From Chromatiales bacterium (GTDB lineage Bacteria; Pseudomonadota; Gammaproteobacteria; JAHELT01), in the NCBI GenBank assembly GCA_024644045.1, contig JAHELT010000005.1, forward strand, positions 8,149-72,148: 64,000 nucleotides of DNA, read 5' to 3'. Below the pieces are notes generated by a model, which was not told the DNA's origin, did not search any database, and worked only from the letters and a program-made list of their open reading frames with translations. Below, piece after piece: positions 1 to 7,834 of this stretch (the first letter of the stretch is position 1; each line of letters opens with the position of its first letter). The position numbers and the translations under genes are program-made.

Positions 1-555
1 GACAACATCTACCGCAAAACGGCCTCAGTGATGAAGCTGGTGGTAGAAGGCTTTGCCGGCGCGGGTACGGTCGAAGTCGGTGGATATGATTATCACACCG
101 GCAACCGCACAGTCGGTGAAGCGCGTGACCGGGAAGCCGGCCGCGCGATCGGGGCAATGCTGGAGTACGCCGCGCTGAAGAACACCCAGTTGATGGTGTA
201 CGTGTTCAGCGATGGCTCGGTGTTCAGCAACGGCAACCTGGACAACAACGCGGGAGGCAAAGGCGTCTGGACGGGTGATCGTTCCACCACCGCCGCCTCG
301 CTGATGCTCGCTTACAGTCCGGTGGCGCGCCCAAACGTCATCATCCCGCAGCTCGGGCATTTCAACCCCGACGGCTTCATCAACCGCACCGCGTTGCCGA
401 TCAGCGACAACGTGTCGCTGCTGGTCGAAGCCGTAGTGTTGAACTACCTGGCGCTGAGCGGCACCCCGGGCATGTTCGAGCAGATCTTCCCGCAGAGCGG
501 TCTGGGTGCGGGTGCTGCGCTGGACGCTCACATAGCGTTTGCGCCCCTGGCATAA
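1..555 (+). CDS. 3' part of a conserved secreted protein (DUF1501-like; homologues are often mis-annotated as GspF); runs off the left edge
   Basis: Frame 1 is open from base 1 (DNIYRKTASVMKLV...) to TAA at 553-555; contains GGYDYH and VFSDGS motifs recalled from this family. Confidence 0.55.
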   Translation, partial: DNIYRKTASVMKLVVEGFAGAGTVEVGGYDYHTGNRTVGEARDREAGRAIGAMLEYAALKNTQLMVYVFSDGSVFSNGNLDNNAGGKGVWTGDRSTTAASLMLAYSPVARPNVIIPQLGHFNPDGFINRTALPISDNVSLLVEAVVLNYLALSGTPGMFEQIFPQSGLGAGAALDAHIAFAPLA

Positions 556-563
556 CGGCAGCG

Positions 564-583
564 CCCCTCACGCGAGTGAGGGG
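564..583. repeat. REP-like palindrome CCCCTCAC-GCGA-GTGAGGGG
   Basis: Perfect 8-bp stem with a GNRA loop, followed by TCAG; resembles the element at 49065-49099. Confidence 0.5.
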
Positions 584-743
584 TCAGCGGTATGCACACC
601 GCCGTCGAGACCTCACCGGTTTCGGCGGCGGTGCGATTACAAGCCCGGAGAGATTTACCTGCTCCGGATAAGAATTTGGCCCTGGCAGAGAAGCGTCGTG
701 TGCTCAACGTAACGTTGCACCCGGCGTTTCCGGAGGAAACCTG

Positions 744-1436
744 ATGGCACGGATCGCACGTGTTGTTATTCCCGGCTACCCGCATCACGTCACACAACGC
801 GGTAATCGCCGGCAGAAAGTCTTTTTCGATCCGTCGGACTACCGCACCTACCTGGATCTCGTCGCGGAAGGATTCCGGCAGGCTCGCGCCAAGTGCTGGG
901 CGTATTGCCTGATGCCCGATCACGTGCATCTGGTGCTCGTCCCCGAGTCACCCGACGGATTGCGTCGAGCGCTCGCCGAGCCGCACCGGCTCTACACGCG
1001 GGAAGTGAATGCCCGGCAAGGGTGGCGCGGCCACCTCTGGCAGGAACGCTTCCACTCTTTCCCGATGGACGAAACCTACCTGTTGTCCTGCGTACGTTAC
1101 GTGGAACGCAGCCCCGTCAGGGCCGGACTGGTATCACGTCCGCAGGAATGGCAGTGGTCGAGCGCGCGCGCGCGCCTGCTCAGCCTCGATGATCCGCTGG
1201 TCTCGCCGGCGCCAATGCTCGACCGCATAGACGACTGGTCAGCCTACCTCGCGACGGACAGCGAATCGCGCGTGCAGGACGCATTGCAGTGTCACGCGCT
1301 ATCCGGACGGCCACTCGGGTCCGAACGCTTCCTGGACACGGCCGAGCAGGTTACCGGCAGGTTGCTGCGCCCGCAGAAACCGGGCAGGAAACCGCGCACC
1401 AAAAAGACGTCGAGTGAAAGCGTACCGCGCCTGTGA
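744..1436 (+). mobile_element. Y1 (HUH) transposase, IS200/REP-associated tyrosine transposase (RAYT) family
   Basis: MARIAR...HHVTQRGNRRQ start, HUH motif MPDHVHL, GHLWQERF, YVERSPVRAG, WQWSS; GGAGG RBS upstream. Confidence 0.85.
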
Positions 1437-1444
1437 GGCGAGAA

Positions 1445-1552
1445 TGGTAGGCGCGACAGGAGTCGAACCTGCGTTCCCCGTTGCGCCGTAACGGCGTTCT
1501 TTCTCAACCGCCGTCACGGGGTAACGGTGCTCTGCCACTGAGCTACGCGCCT
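1445..1552 (-). ncRNA. tRNA-like RNA (tRNA-Val-like body, encoded CCA) with a 40-nt hairpin in place of the 7-nt anticodon loop
   Basis: Minus strand reads AGGCGCG TA GCTC-AGTGGCA-GAGC A CCGTT-[40 nt]-AACGG GGAAC GCAGG-TTCGACT-CCTGT CGCGCCT ACCA; acceptor, D and T arms are canonical. Confidence 0.8.
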
Positions 1553-1610
1553 ATGTCGTTCTTCGCACCCGGAATGGATTGGGACTCTAGCGTGTTTACC
1601 CTATCCTCTA

Positions 1611-1658
1611 TGCAATGATCGTGCGGAGTTGCCACACCTGAACCGATTCAACGACTTG
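1611..1658 (-). promoter_or_regulatory. Possible degenerate sigma54 promoter plus IHF-like site upstream of the tRNA-like RNA
   Basis: CCGCACG-ATCA-TTGCA on the minus strand at 1626-1611 (CG instead of the invariant -24 GG); ATTCAA-CGAC-TTG at 1646-1658, one mismatch to WATCAANNNNTTR. Confidence 0.3.
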
Positions 1659-1706
1659 GCGTAGCCGGCCCGCTGCGATCCGGCGGCGAGGCGTCAAGAA
1701 TCCCGA

Positions 1707-4700
1707 CTATTCCGACAGTATTTCGTTAACCGCTGCCCAGGTCTCGTCAACCCAGCCGGCGACGCCGGCGGCTTCGCGCAGGGCGGCGACCGAAAGACCG
1801 GTCTCTCGCGGCTCGAGCGCCGGGGCCCAGAAGGCAAGCTGCGCGACATAGAAGTCGGTTCCCCCCGAACCGATGAGGACCAGGGCCTCCCCGAAACGCC
1901 CGGCGCGGGCGAGCCCTTCCGCCAGGACGTTGTAGCGCGCACGGCTGCGGCGCGACTCTTCGAGCGCTTCGGCGAACAGCGATTCGGCCCACGGCGCCCC
2001 GGCGGGGAGCAGTTCGGCGGCTAGTATCGCGAACGCATCATGGCCCTTACCTTCGGCGTGAAGTTGCCGCGCGAGCGCCTCGGCAAGGGCGACGAGGTCC
2101 GGCGTGCGCCCGTCGCCGCTCACCGCCGCCGCACCCGCCAGCTCCGAGAGCGCCTGCAGACGCCACAGCGGCACTTCGATGCGCTCGGCGATCTCACGCG
2201 CCTGGTCGTACAGGCCGGCCCGCACCGCCGCCCTGGCGGTGCTCGCCAGCAACCTGGGGCGGGATTTGGGCTCATCCAGCGCATCGGCCGCGGCGGCGGC
2301 CTGCTCAAGGACCTGTTGCGCCGCCGCCGGCGCTGTCTCCGCCTGCCACGCTGCATAGTCCCGCAGCGCCATCACCCTGAGGACGGGGCTCTTGAGGTCC
2401 TCGATCCACCGGGGAATGTCCTCGCCCCGGCCGGCAGCGAGCATTGCCTGAACACTGGTCTCCGGCCGCCCGAGGTCGTACTCGAGGCGGTAGACGATCC
2501 TGCCCGCGAGGCCGAGCGCCGCATCGAGCCGTCCCGCGCTGGCGAAAGCAAGGGCCAGCGCGTGCTGCACCTGCTGCTTCCAGTAGAAAAACAGATCGGG
2601 GTCTTCGATAGCGGCGGTGTCATCGAGCAGTCCCTCGTCGATCCTTCGCATCGCATCGCCGTAGCGCAGCATGGCTTCGCGCTCCGACACCTCGGTAATG
2701 AGTTCAGCGATGCGCTGGGCGCGTCCAGGCTGCCCGGCATCGATGACCGCCTCGATGACCCGCTTCAGTACCTGGGTTCTGCGATTGCCGGGCCGGTGGG
2801 CGCGCGCTGCTTTCAGGGTCTTGTCAAACACCGGCGCCGCGGCGGGGTCTCTCCTGCGGGCGAGGTAGGTGGCCAGGGTGCGCAGCTCACGGACCCGGTG
2901 GCCGGTGGCCGGCACCGCCTCCGCGGCCCGGATGCAACGCTGGAGCACCTCTTCGCGTTCCGGGCGCCCGTCCTCGTCCAGTGTCCTCAGCAGGTCGAAG
3001 AGCACACCCGATTGCGTGCTCTTGTTTTCAATCGTGGTTGTGGTATCCAGCGCATCCTCGAAGGTACGCGCGGCACCGGCATTGTCGCCGCCGGCGTGCA
3101 TTCCCCGGGAGACCCGGTATAGCGTCGCGATTCGATCGGTGATGGAGGCAATCTCGCCCGCGACCTCCAGAGCCTGCTCCGAATCACCCGAGGCGGCGAG
3201 CGCTTCGGCGAAGGCCGGCGCCGCACGCAGCGGGTCCGGCGTGTTGACGAATCGAAAACCGCCGCGTCCCTCCTCGCGCAGCACCGCGTTGTGCGCTTCG
3301 TTCTCTTGCATGAGCTGCTCGGCAACGGCACGGATACCTCTGGCGGCCTCGCGAAAGACCGGAACTGCCGCCGGGTCCGCGCTTTGCGCCATCGCGATCG
3401 CCAGCCCCTCCAGCGCTGCGGCGCGTCGCTCCGGATGCTCGATGTTGCGCGCAGCCGCGCGGGCACTGTCGAAAACCCGTGAGGCGTCGGGAAGACCAAG
3501 CCGGGCCAGCACGCCGGCAAGGTCCCTGAGCGCCTCGGCCTGCGCCATCGGTCTGTCACAGTCGAGGGCAGCGGCCTCGGCGTCCCTGAAACAACGGCCG
3601 CTCTCGGTGTCGCCCGCTTCGCGATGCCGTGTGGCGAGTTCGAGGAGCGCGGCCGAACGGTCCTCGGCATGGAAAAGCGACTGCGCTACCCGCCTCGCTT
3701 CCTCGAAAGCCCCGGCCGCCATGGCGGTCTTTACGAGCCCTCGTCCGGCATGGTGCCAGCTGTAGTCACGCGCGCGATCCAGTTCGGCAGCGGCATCGAG
3801 CGCCCGGTCCAGCAGTACTCTGCGGTGCTGCTTGGACGCGAGTGTGAGCGCGACGGCGACCAGCGCCTGACCGCGTACTCCGGCATCGGGTATCGCGTCG
3901 GCGATCTGTTCTGCGCGCTCGGGAGTCCCGGCCTGCGCCACGCGCGTTGCCAGATCGCACAGCGCTTCACTGCGTATGCGGGCGTGCGGGATCGCCTGGA
4001 TGTGCCGCTCGGCCGTGTCGTGATCGCCGGCTTCCGCTTGTGCTCGTGCAAACGCTGCGAGCGCTGCGGCCTGCTCCTTTGTCTGTGAGTGCTCGCGGTG
4101 GAGGCACGCAAGCTCGAGCGCTCTGTCACCGGAGCCGGCACGCACCAGCGCCTCGGCGGTGATTCCCAGAGCCTCTTCCCGGCGCGACGCATCCTGGATC
4201 GCGCGCGCGATCGATTCCGCCTGCTGCAGCCGGCCGTGGCGCACGTTGCACTGCACCAGGTTCACCTGTGCCGAGGCCCGCGAGTACTCGTTTCTTATGG
4301 CCGGCAGGCTCTCGGCCGCCCGGTCCAGGAGCCCGGCGTCCGCCTGACCCCGTTCCTCGAGGGCGGCGTACACCGCCAGCAGGCTTTCAACACGCGTGCC
4401 CGCGTCCAGGCGCAAGTGTGCATGGGCCTTGGCTTCCGCCGCTCTGTCGATCAGCACCAGGTTGACGAGGTCCTCATCCGTGTAGTCATCGAGCCGCCGC
4501 CCCACGACGACGCGGGCGGCCTGCACCCGCGTCAGGGCAACGAGGTCTTCGGGCCGTTGCTCGATAAGTGCCTGCCACACCAGCGTGACGTCCTCCAGGA
4601 ATCCGGAGTCGTTATAACCGCATTGCACGTAACGCCTGTCGAGCCACGCCTGGTCTATCTGGCCGACCGCCCGATCGAAATCACCGCACGCAAGCAGGTG

Positions 4701-5996
4701 CGCGATCAGGTGGCGAAGGCCGTACTCGTCGGGCGGTGCCTGAGTCTCCAGGGTCCGCTGCGTGTAATGATCGGCGATGCGCCGGTGCATTGCCGCCGCA
4801 TCGATGCGGTAGTCCAGGTTGGACGCGTCGTCGAAAAGAAAGCCGCGAAACGAGTCATGAAAGATCCGGAAGGGCCCGTCCGGGAAAGGACCGGAGAAGT
4901 ACTGTTTGAGCGCGCGCAGGGTGGGGCCGGAATCTCTGCCGCTGATAGCGTTCAGCTGCGCGAGGGTCAACCCGTCGTCCCGAGCAGCGGCTACGAGTCC
5001 CAGGACCGGTTTCAGCGATGCCTCCCAGCGCTCCTCGTCGTCGCCGACCTCGCGGGTCAGGAAGTCGTGGTACAGGCCGGGGAGGTCCGGCGGCAGCGCG
5101 ACCGCATCGAGCACTTCGGGCTGTTCGCTGGGGTGGCGCGCGAGCAGATCCTCAAGGACCAGACGCGCATAAAGAAAGTTACCGTCCGCCGCGTTCGCGA
5201 CGCGCGCCGCGACAGTGTCTCGAAGCGCCTCGTCCAGTTCACGCAGATACTCCCGCGCATACTGCTCCACGTCGCGCCGGTTGTCCGGGGCCTGTTCGAG
5301 GTCCAGCGGCTCGACCTCGCGAAACCAGCGCAGGATCCGCGGATCCGGGCGACTGCTCACCAGCAAGCGTACCTGCGCCGGAAGGTCGGTCAGCTTGGTC
5401 AGCAGACGAACGATAGTGGTGGCACCACTGTGGGTGGCCCCCTCGTCCAGCGAATCCACCAGGATCACCAGGTTACCGCAGCCCTGCCGCTCGCAGCACC
5501 GCTTCAGGGGCTCGACCAGAACGTCGCGGAAGGCCGCTTCGTCGTCGTTCGAGGCGACATGCAGGTGCTCGATATGCACCGCGACGGCCCGGCCGCCGGC
5601 ACCAACCTCACCCACCTTCTGCTCGACACGGATGTTGACGTGCGCCGAGACCGACTCGGCGAGCGACTCGGCAAATCCCTCTACCGAGTTGCTTAGCTGG
5701 TCTGCGACGCTTTCCAGGAAATCGCGCGGCGCAGTGCTCGAGGATTTTGCGACGCAGAAGTGCGATGCCTTGACGTAGCCGCGGATTCTGGCGAGTTGAT
5801 CGCGCGGCAGGCTGTCTGCCGGCGCCGGGCCCGCCCCCGAGAGCCACGCCATGAGCAGGCTTTTGCCCGCGCCGGGTGGACCCGTGAGCAGAAACATCCG
5901 GCGCTCGGAACGCTCGATCCAGTCGAGCAGCGGCGGAAGCAGCCACTCGCGGCCGCGGAAGTGCTGTACGTTCTCCCTGAGGGGCGAAGGGATCAT
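1707..5996 (-). CDS. STAND (NACHT/AAA_16-like) NTPase with C-terminal TPR-like helical repeats; NLR-like protein
   Basis: FRGREW start, Walker A GPPGAGKS, Walker B VILVDSLDE, SSRP sensor, GNFLYA, FHDSFRGFL winged-helix motif, then about 900 aa of Ala-rich helical repeats. Confidence 0.85.
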   Translation of the reverse strand: MIPSPLRENVQHFRGREWLLPPLLDWIERSERRMFLLTGPPGAGKSLLMAWLSGAGPAPADSLPRDQLARIRGYVKASHFCVAKSSSTAPRDFLESVADQLSNSVEGFAESLAESVSAHVNIRVEQKVGEVGAGGRAVAVHIEHLHVASNDDEAAFRDVLVEPLKRCCERQGCGNLVILVDSLDEGATHSGATTIVRLLTKLTDLPAQVRLLVSSRPDPRILRWFREVEPLDLEQAPDNRRDVEQYAREYLRELDEALRDTVAARVANAADGNFLYARLVLEDLLARHPSEQPEVLDAVALPPDLPGLYHDFLTREVGDDEERWEASLKPVLGLVAAARDDGLTLAQLNAISGRDSGPTLRALKQYFSGPFPDGPFRIFHDSFRGFLFDDASNLDYRIDAAAMHRRIADHYTQRTLETQAPPDEYGLRHLIAHLLACGDFDRAVGQIDQAWLDRRYVQCGYNDSGFLEDVTLVWQALIEQRPEDLVALTRVQAARVVVGRRLDDYTDEDLVNLVLIDRAAEAKAHAHLRLDAGTRVESLLAVYAALEERGQADAGLLDRAAESLPAIRNEYSRASAQVNLVQCNVRHGRLQQAESIARAIQDASRREEALGITAEALVRAGSGDRALELACLHREHSQTKEQAAALAAFARAQAEAGDHDTAERHIQAIPHARIRSEALCDLATRVAQAGTPERAEQIADAIPDAGVRGQALVAVALTLASKQHRRVLLDRALDAAAELDRARDYSWHHAGRGLVKTAMAAGAFEEARRVAQSLFHAEDRSAALLELATRHREAGDTESGRCFRDAEAAALDCDRPMAQAEALRDLAGVLARLGLPDASRVFDSARAAARNIEHPERRAAALEGLAIAMAQSADPAAVPVFREAARGIRAVAEQLMQENEAHNAVLREEGRGGFRFVNTPDPLRAAPAFAEALAASGDSEQALEVAGEIASITDRIATLYRVSRGMHAGGDNAGAARTFEDALDTTTTIENKSTQSGVLFDLLRTLDEDGRPEREEVLQRCIRAAEAVPATGHRVRELRTLATYLARRRDPAAAPVFDKTLKAARAHRPGNRRTQVLKRVIEAVIDAGQPGRAQRIAELITEVSEREAMLRYGDAMRRIDEGLLDDTAAIEDPDLFFYWKQQVQHALALAFASAGRLDAALGLAGRIVYRLEYDLGRPETSVQAMLAAGRGEDIPRWIEDLKSPVLRVMALRDYAAWQAETAPAAAQQVLEQAAAAADALDEPKSRPRLLASTARAAVRAGLYDQAREIAERIEVPLWRLQALSELAGAAAVSGDGRTPDLVALAEALARQLHAEGKGHDAFAILAAELLPAGAPWAESLFAEALEESRRSRARYNVLAEGLARAGRFGEALVLIGSGGTDFYVAQLAFWAPALEPRETGLSVAALREAAGVAGWVDETWAAVNEILSE

Positions 5997-6075
5997 GTCA
6001 GAGCAGACTGACCACTTATGGGTGACTTTGTGTCATCGAACGACGGTATTGCCGACCGCGCCGTACGCAGCAGGA

Positions 6076-6519
6076 CTAGCCGATGGTTTTTCCGTCGAAG
6101 CCCGTGAGGTCCTTCGCCTCGTCCACTTCCTGGGTAACATCGACCTCGCCGCTCTTCAGTGATTCGACCCGGACGCCGGTGACATGCTCCGCGACTTTGA
6201 TTTTCTGGATAACCCTTATCTTCGGCCCCAGGTCGTCGAGCAGGGTTCGCACCTCCGCGGCGAATGCCGGGTCGACTTCGAGGTTCGCTCGGACAATGTC
6301 GGCGACGGCGGATGCATACCGCTTCGGGTGACGCTGAAAAAGTTCCAACCCCGCCTCGGCTTCTCTGTCACCCGTCCAGCGCTTCCTGAGCACGGCCAGG
6401 AGATCGCCTGCCTTACCGGCCGCGGCTTCCCCTGCCTGCTTTGCGAACGCCTCCGCGCCGATGCTGACGAACGGCGCTGCGACACTGACCACGCTGGCTG
6501 CGACGGCGGCAAAATCCAT
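6076..6519 (-). CDS. Small Bell/HeLo-like helical protein with a C-terminal two-fold beta pseudo-repeat (putative amyloid signalling motif)
   Basis: GAGGAG RBS before ATG 6519; hydrophobic N-terminal helix, AGEAAAGKA, DPAFAAEVRTLL; tail IRVIQKIKVAEHVTGVRVESL / VDVTQEVDEAKDLTGFDGKTI. Confidence 0.75.
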   Translation of the reverse strand: MDFAAVAASVVSVAAPFVSIGAEAFAKQAGEAAAGKAGDLLAVLRKRWTGDREAEAGLELFQRHPKRYASAVADIVRANLEVDPAFAAEVRTLLDDLGPKIRVIQKIKVAEHVTGVRVESLKSGEVDVTQEVDEAKDLTGFDGKTIG

Positions 6520-6681
6520 GGCCTTGCTCCTCAGGTTTCGGGATAGACGCGGGCGCCGTCCGGCCGCTCGCCGGCTGGGCAACTGACCGTCAGTCTACCT
6601 GCTCGGCGAGGCCGGAATCTATAACGCAGCGGGTGTCTGCCCGGCGCCGCCCTCAGGGATCGACTGCAGCGTGCTTCACGT

Positions 6682-7788
6682 TCAGGCGCGTACGCGTGAT
6701 TTCCGGCGGTCGTAGAACGGTATGGCTTCGACACTGGCGGTGCAGCTGAAGTCGTCGCCGACGGCCTCCAGCCTCGTGCCCGGCGTTGCTGCATCCGGGC
6801 GCACGTGGCAGAGCGCGAGCGATTTGTTCATGCGGCGCGACCAGCAGGGGCTGTTCACCACGCCGACGTCCTCGCCCTCCAGCATCAGCTTCTCGCCGCC
6901 CGCGAGCGCATCGCTGTGATCAGCGACGATACCCGCACGCAGGAAGCGCTCCTTGCCCTCGGCGGCAAATAACGCATCCTTGCCGCGGAAATCGCCTTTG
7001 TTGCGCGCGACGGTAAAGCCGAGTCCGGTTTCCCACGGTGTGTGGTCATCGGTCATGTCGTACCCGTAGAACAGGAGTGCGGCTTCGATGCGCACCTTGT
7101 CGAGCGCCGTGAATGAACAGGGCATGACGCCGTGCTGCTCACCATGGCCGAGCAGGTTGTCCCAGATGTCACCAATCACCGCGCTGCCGGCGAGAATCTC
7201 ATAGCCCCGTTCGCCGGAATACCCGGTGCGGGAAATGCGACACGCGTGGCCGAAAATCTCGCTCGCCTGGTGGTGAAAATATTGCAGCGCAGCCAGGTCC
7301 ATCGGCGTGTGCGCATCGAGCAGCGCCAGCGCCTTCGGCCCCTGCACCGCAACGTTGTGCAGGTCGTCATCAAGCTCGAGGTCGACGTTCAGGCCTTCCA
7401 CGGACTCCTGCAACCGCTCCATGCTCCCGCCCGACCCATGGCACAGCAGCCACTCGTTCCCGTCATTGTTGGCGATGATGGCGTCGTCGCTGACGGTGCC
7501 CCGTTCAGTCAGTATCGCGCCGTAGGCCGACTTACCCGGATAGATTATTGTCATGTCGCGGGTGATCACATGATCGACCGCTTTCGCCGCATCGGCCCCA
7601 CGCACGTAGACCTTCTTGAGCGGAGACATATCGAACAGCCCCGCCGCCTCGCGCACCGCATCGTGCTCGTCGTTCGGATCCGAGTTGTATGTCCACGCCG
7701 TGCCCATGCCGTTCCAGTCCTCGAGGCCGGAACCCAGTGCAGTGTGGCGGGATGCCAGTGCGGATACGCGAGATAGCTCGGCGGTCAT
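6682..7788 (-). CDS. Aminomethyltransferase (GcvT/DmdA-like folate-binding family)
   Basis: AVREAAGLFDMS, RTGYSGERGYE, RIEAALLFYG, KGDFRGK, PFYD motifs; AGGAG RBS. Confidence 0.9.
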   Translation of the reverse strand: MTAELSRVSALASRHTALGSGLEDWNGMGTAWTYNSDPNDEHDAVREAAGLFDMSPLKKVYVRGADAAKAVDHVITRDMTIIYPGKSAYGAILTERGTVSDDAIIANNDGNEWLLCHGSGGSMERLQESVEGLNVDLELDDDLHNVAVQGPKALALLDAHTPMDLAALQYFHHQASEIFGHACRISRTGYSGERGYEILAGSAVIGDIWDNLLGHGEQHGVMPCSFTALDKVRIEAALLFYGYDMTDDHTPWETGLGFTVARNKGDFRGKDALFAAEGKERFLRAGIVADHSDALAGGEKLMLEGEDVGVVNSPCWSRRMNKSLALCHVRPDAATPGTRLEAVGDDFSCTASVEAIPFYDRRKSRVRA

Positions 7789-7834
7789 TTGCATTCTCCT
7801 GTACAAGCAGTGTCTCTGTGAGGGGCCGAGACGG

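Noticed and set aside
1475..1525. Intron in the tRNA anticodon loop
   Set aside because: Only 33 extra nt; no group I core; the internal loop is symmetric rather than bulge-helix-bulge; removing 33 nt after position 37 leaves a loop without U33
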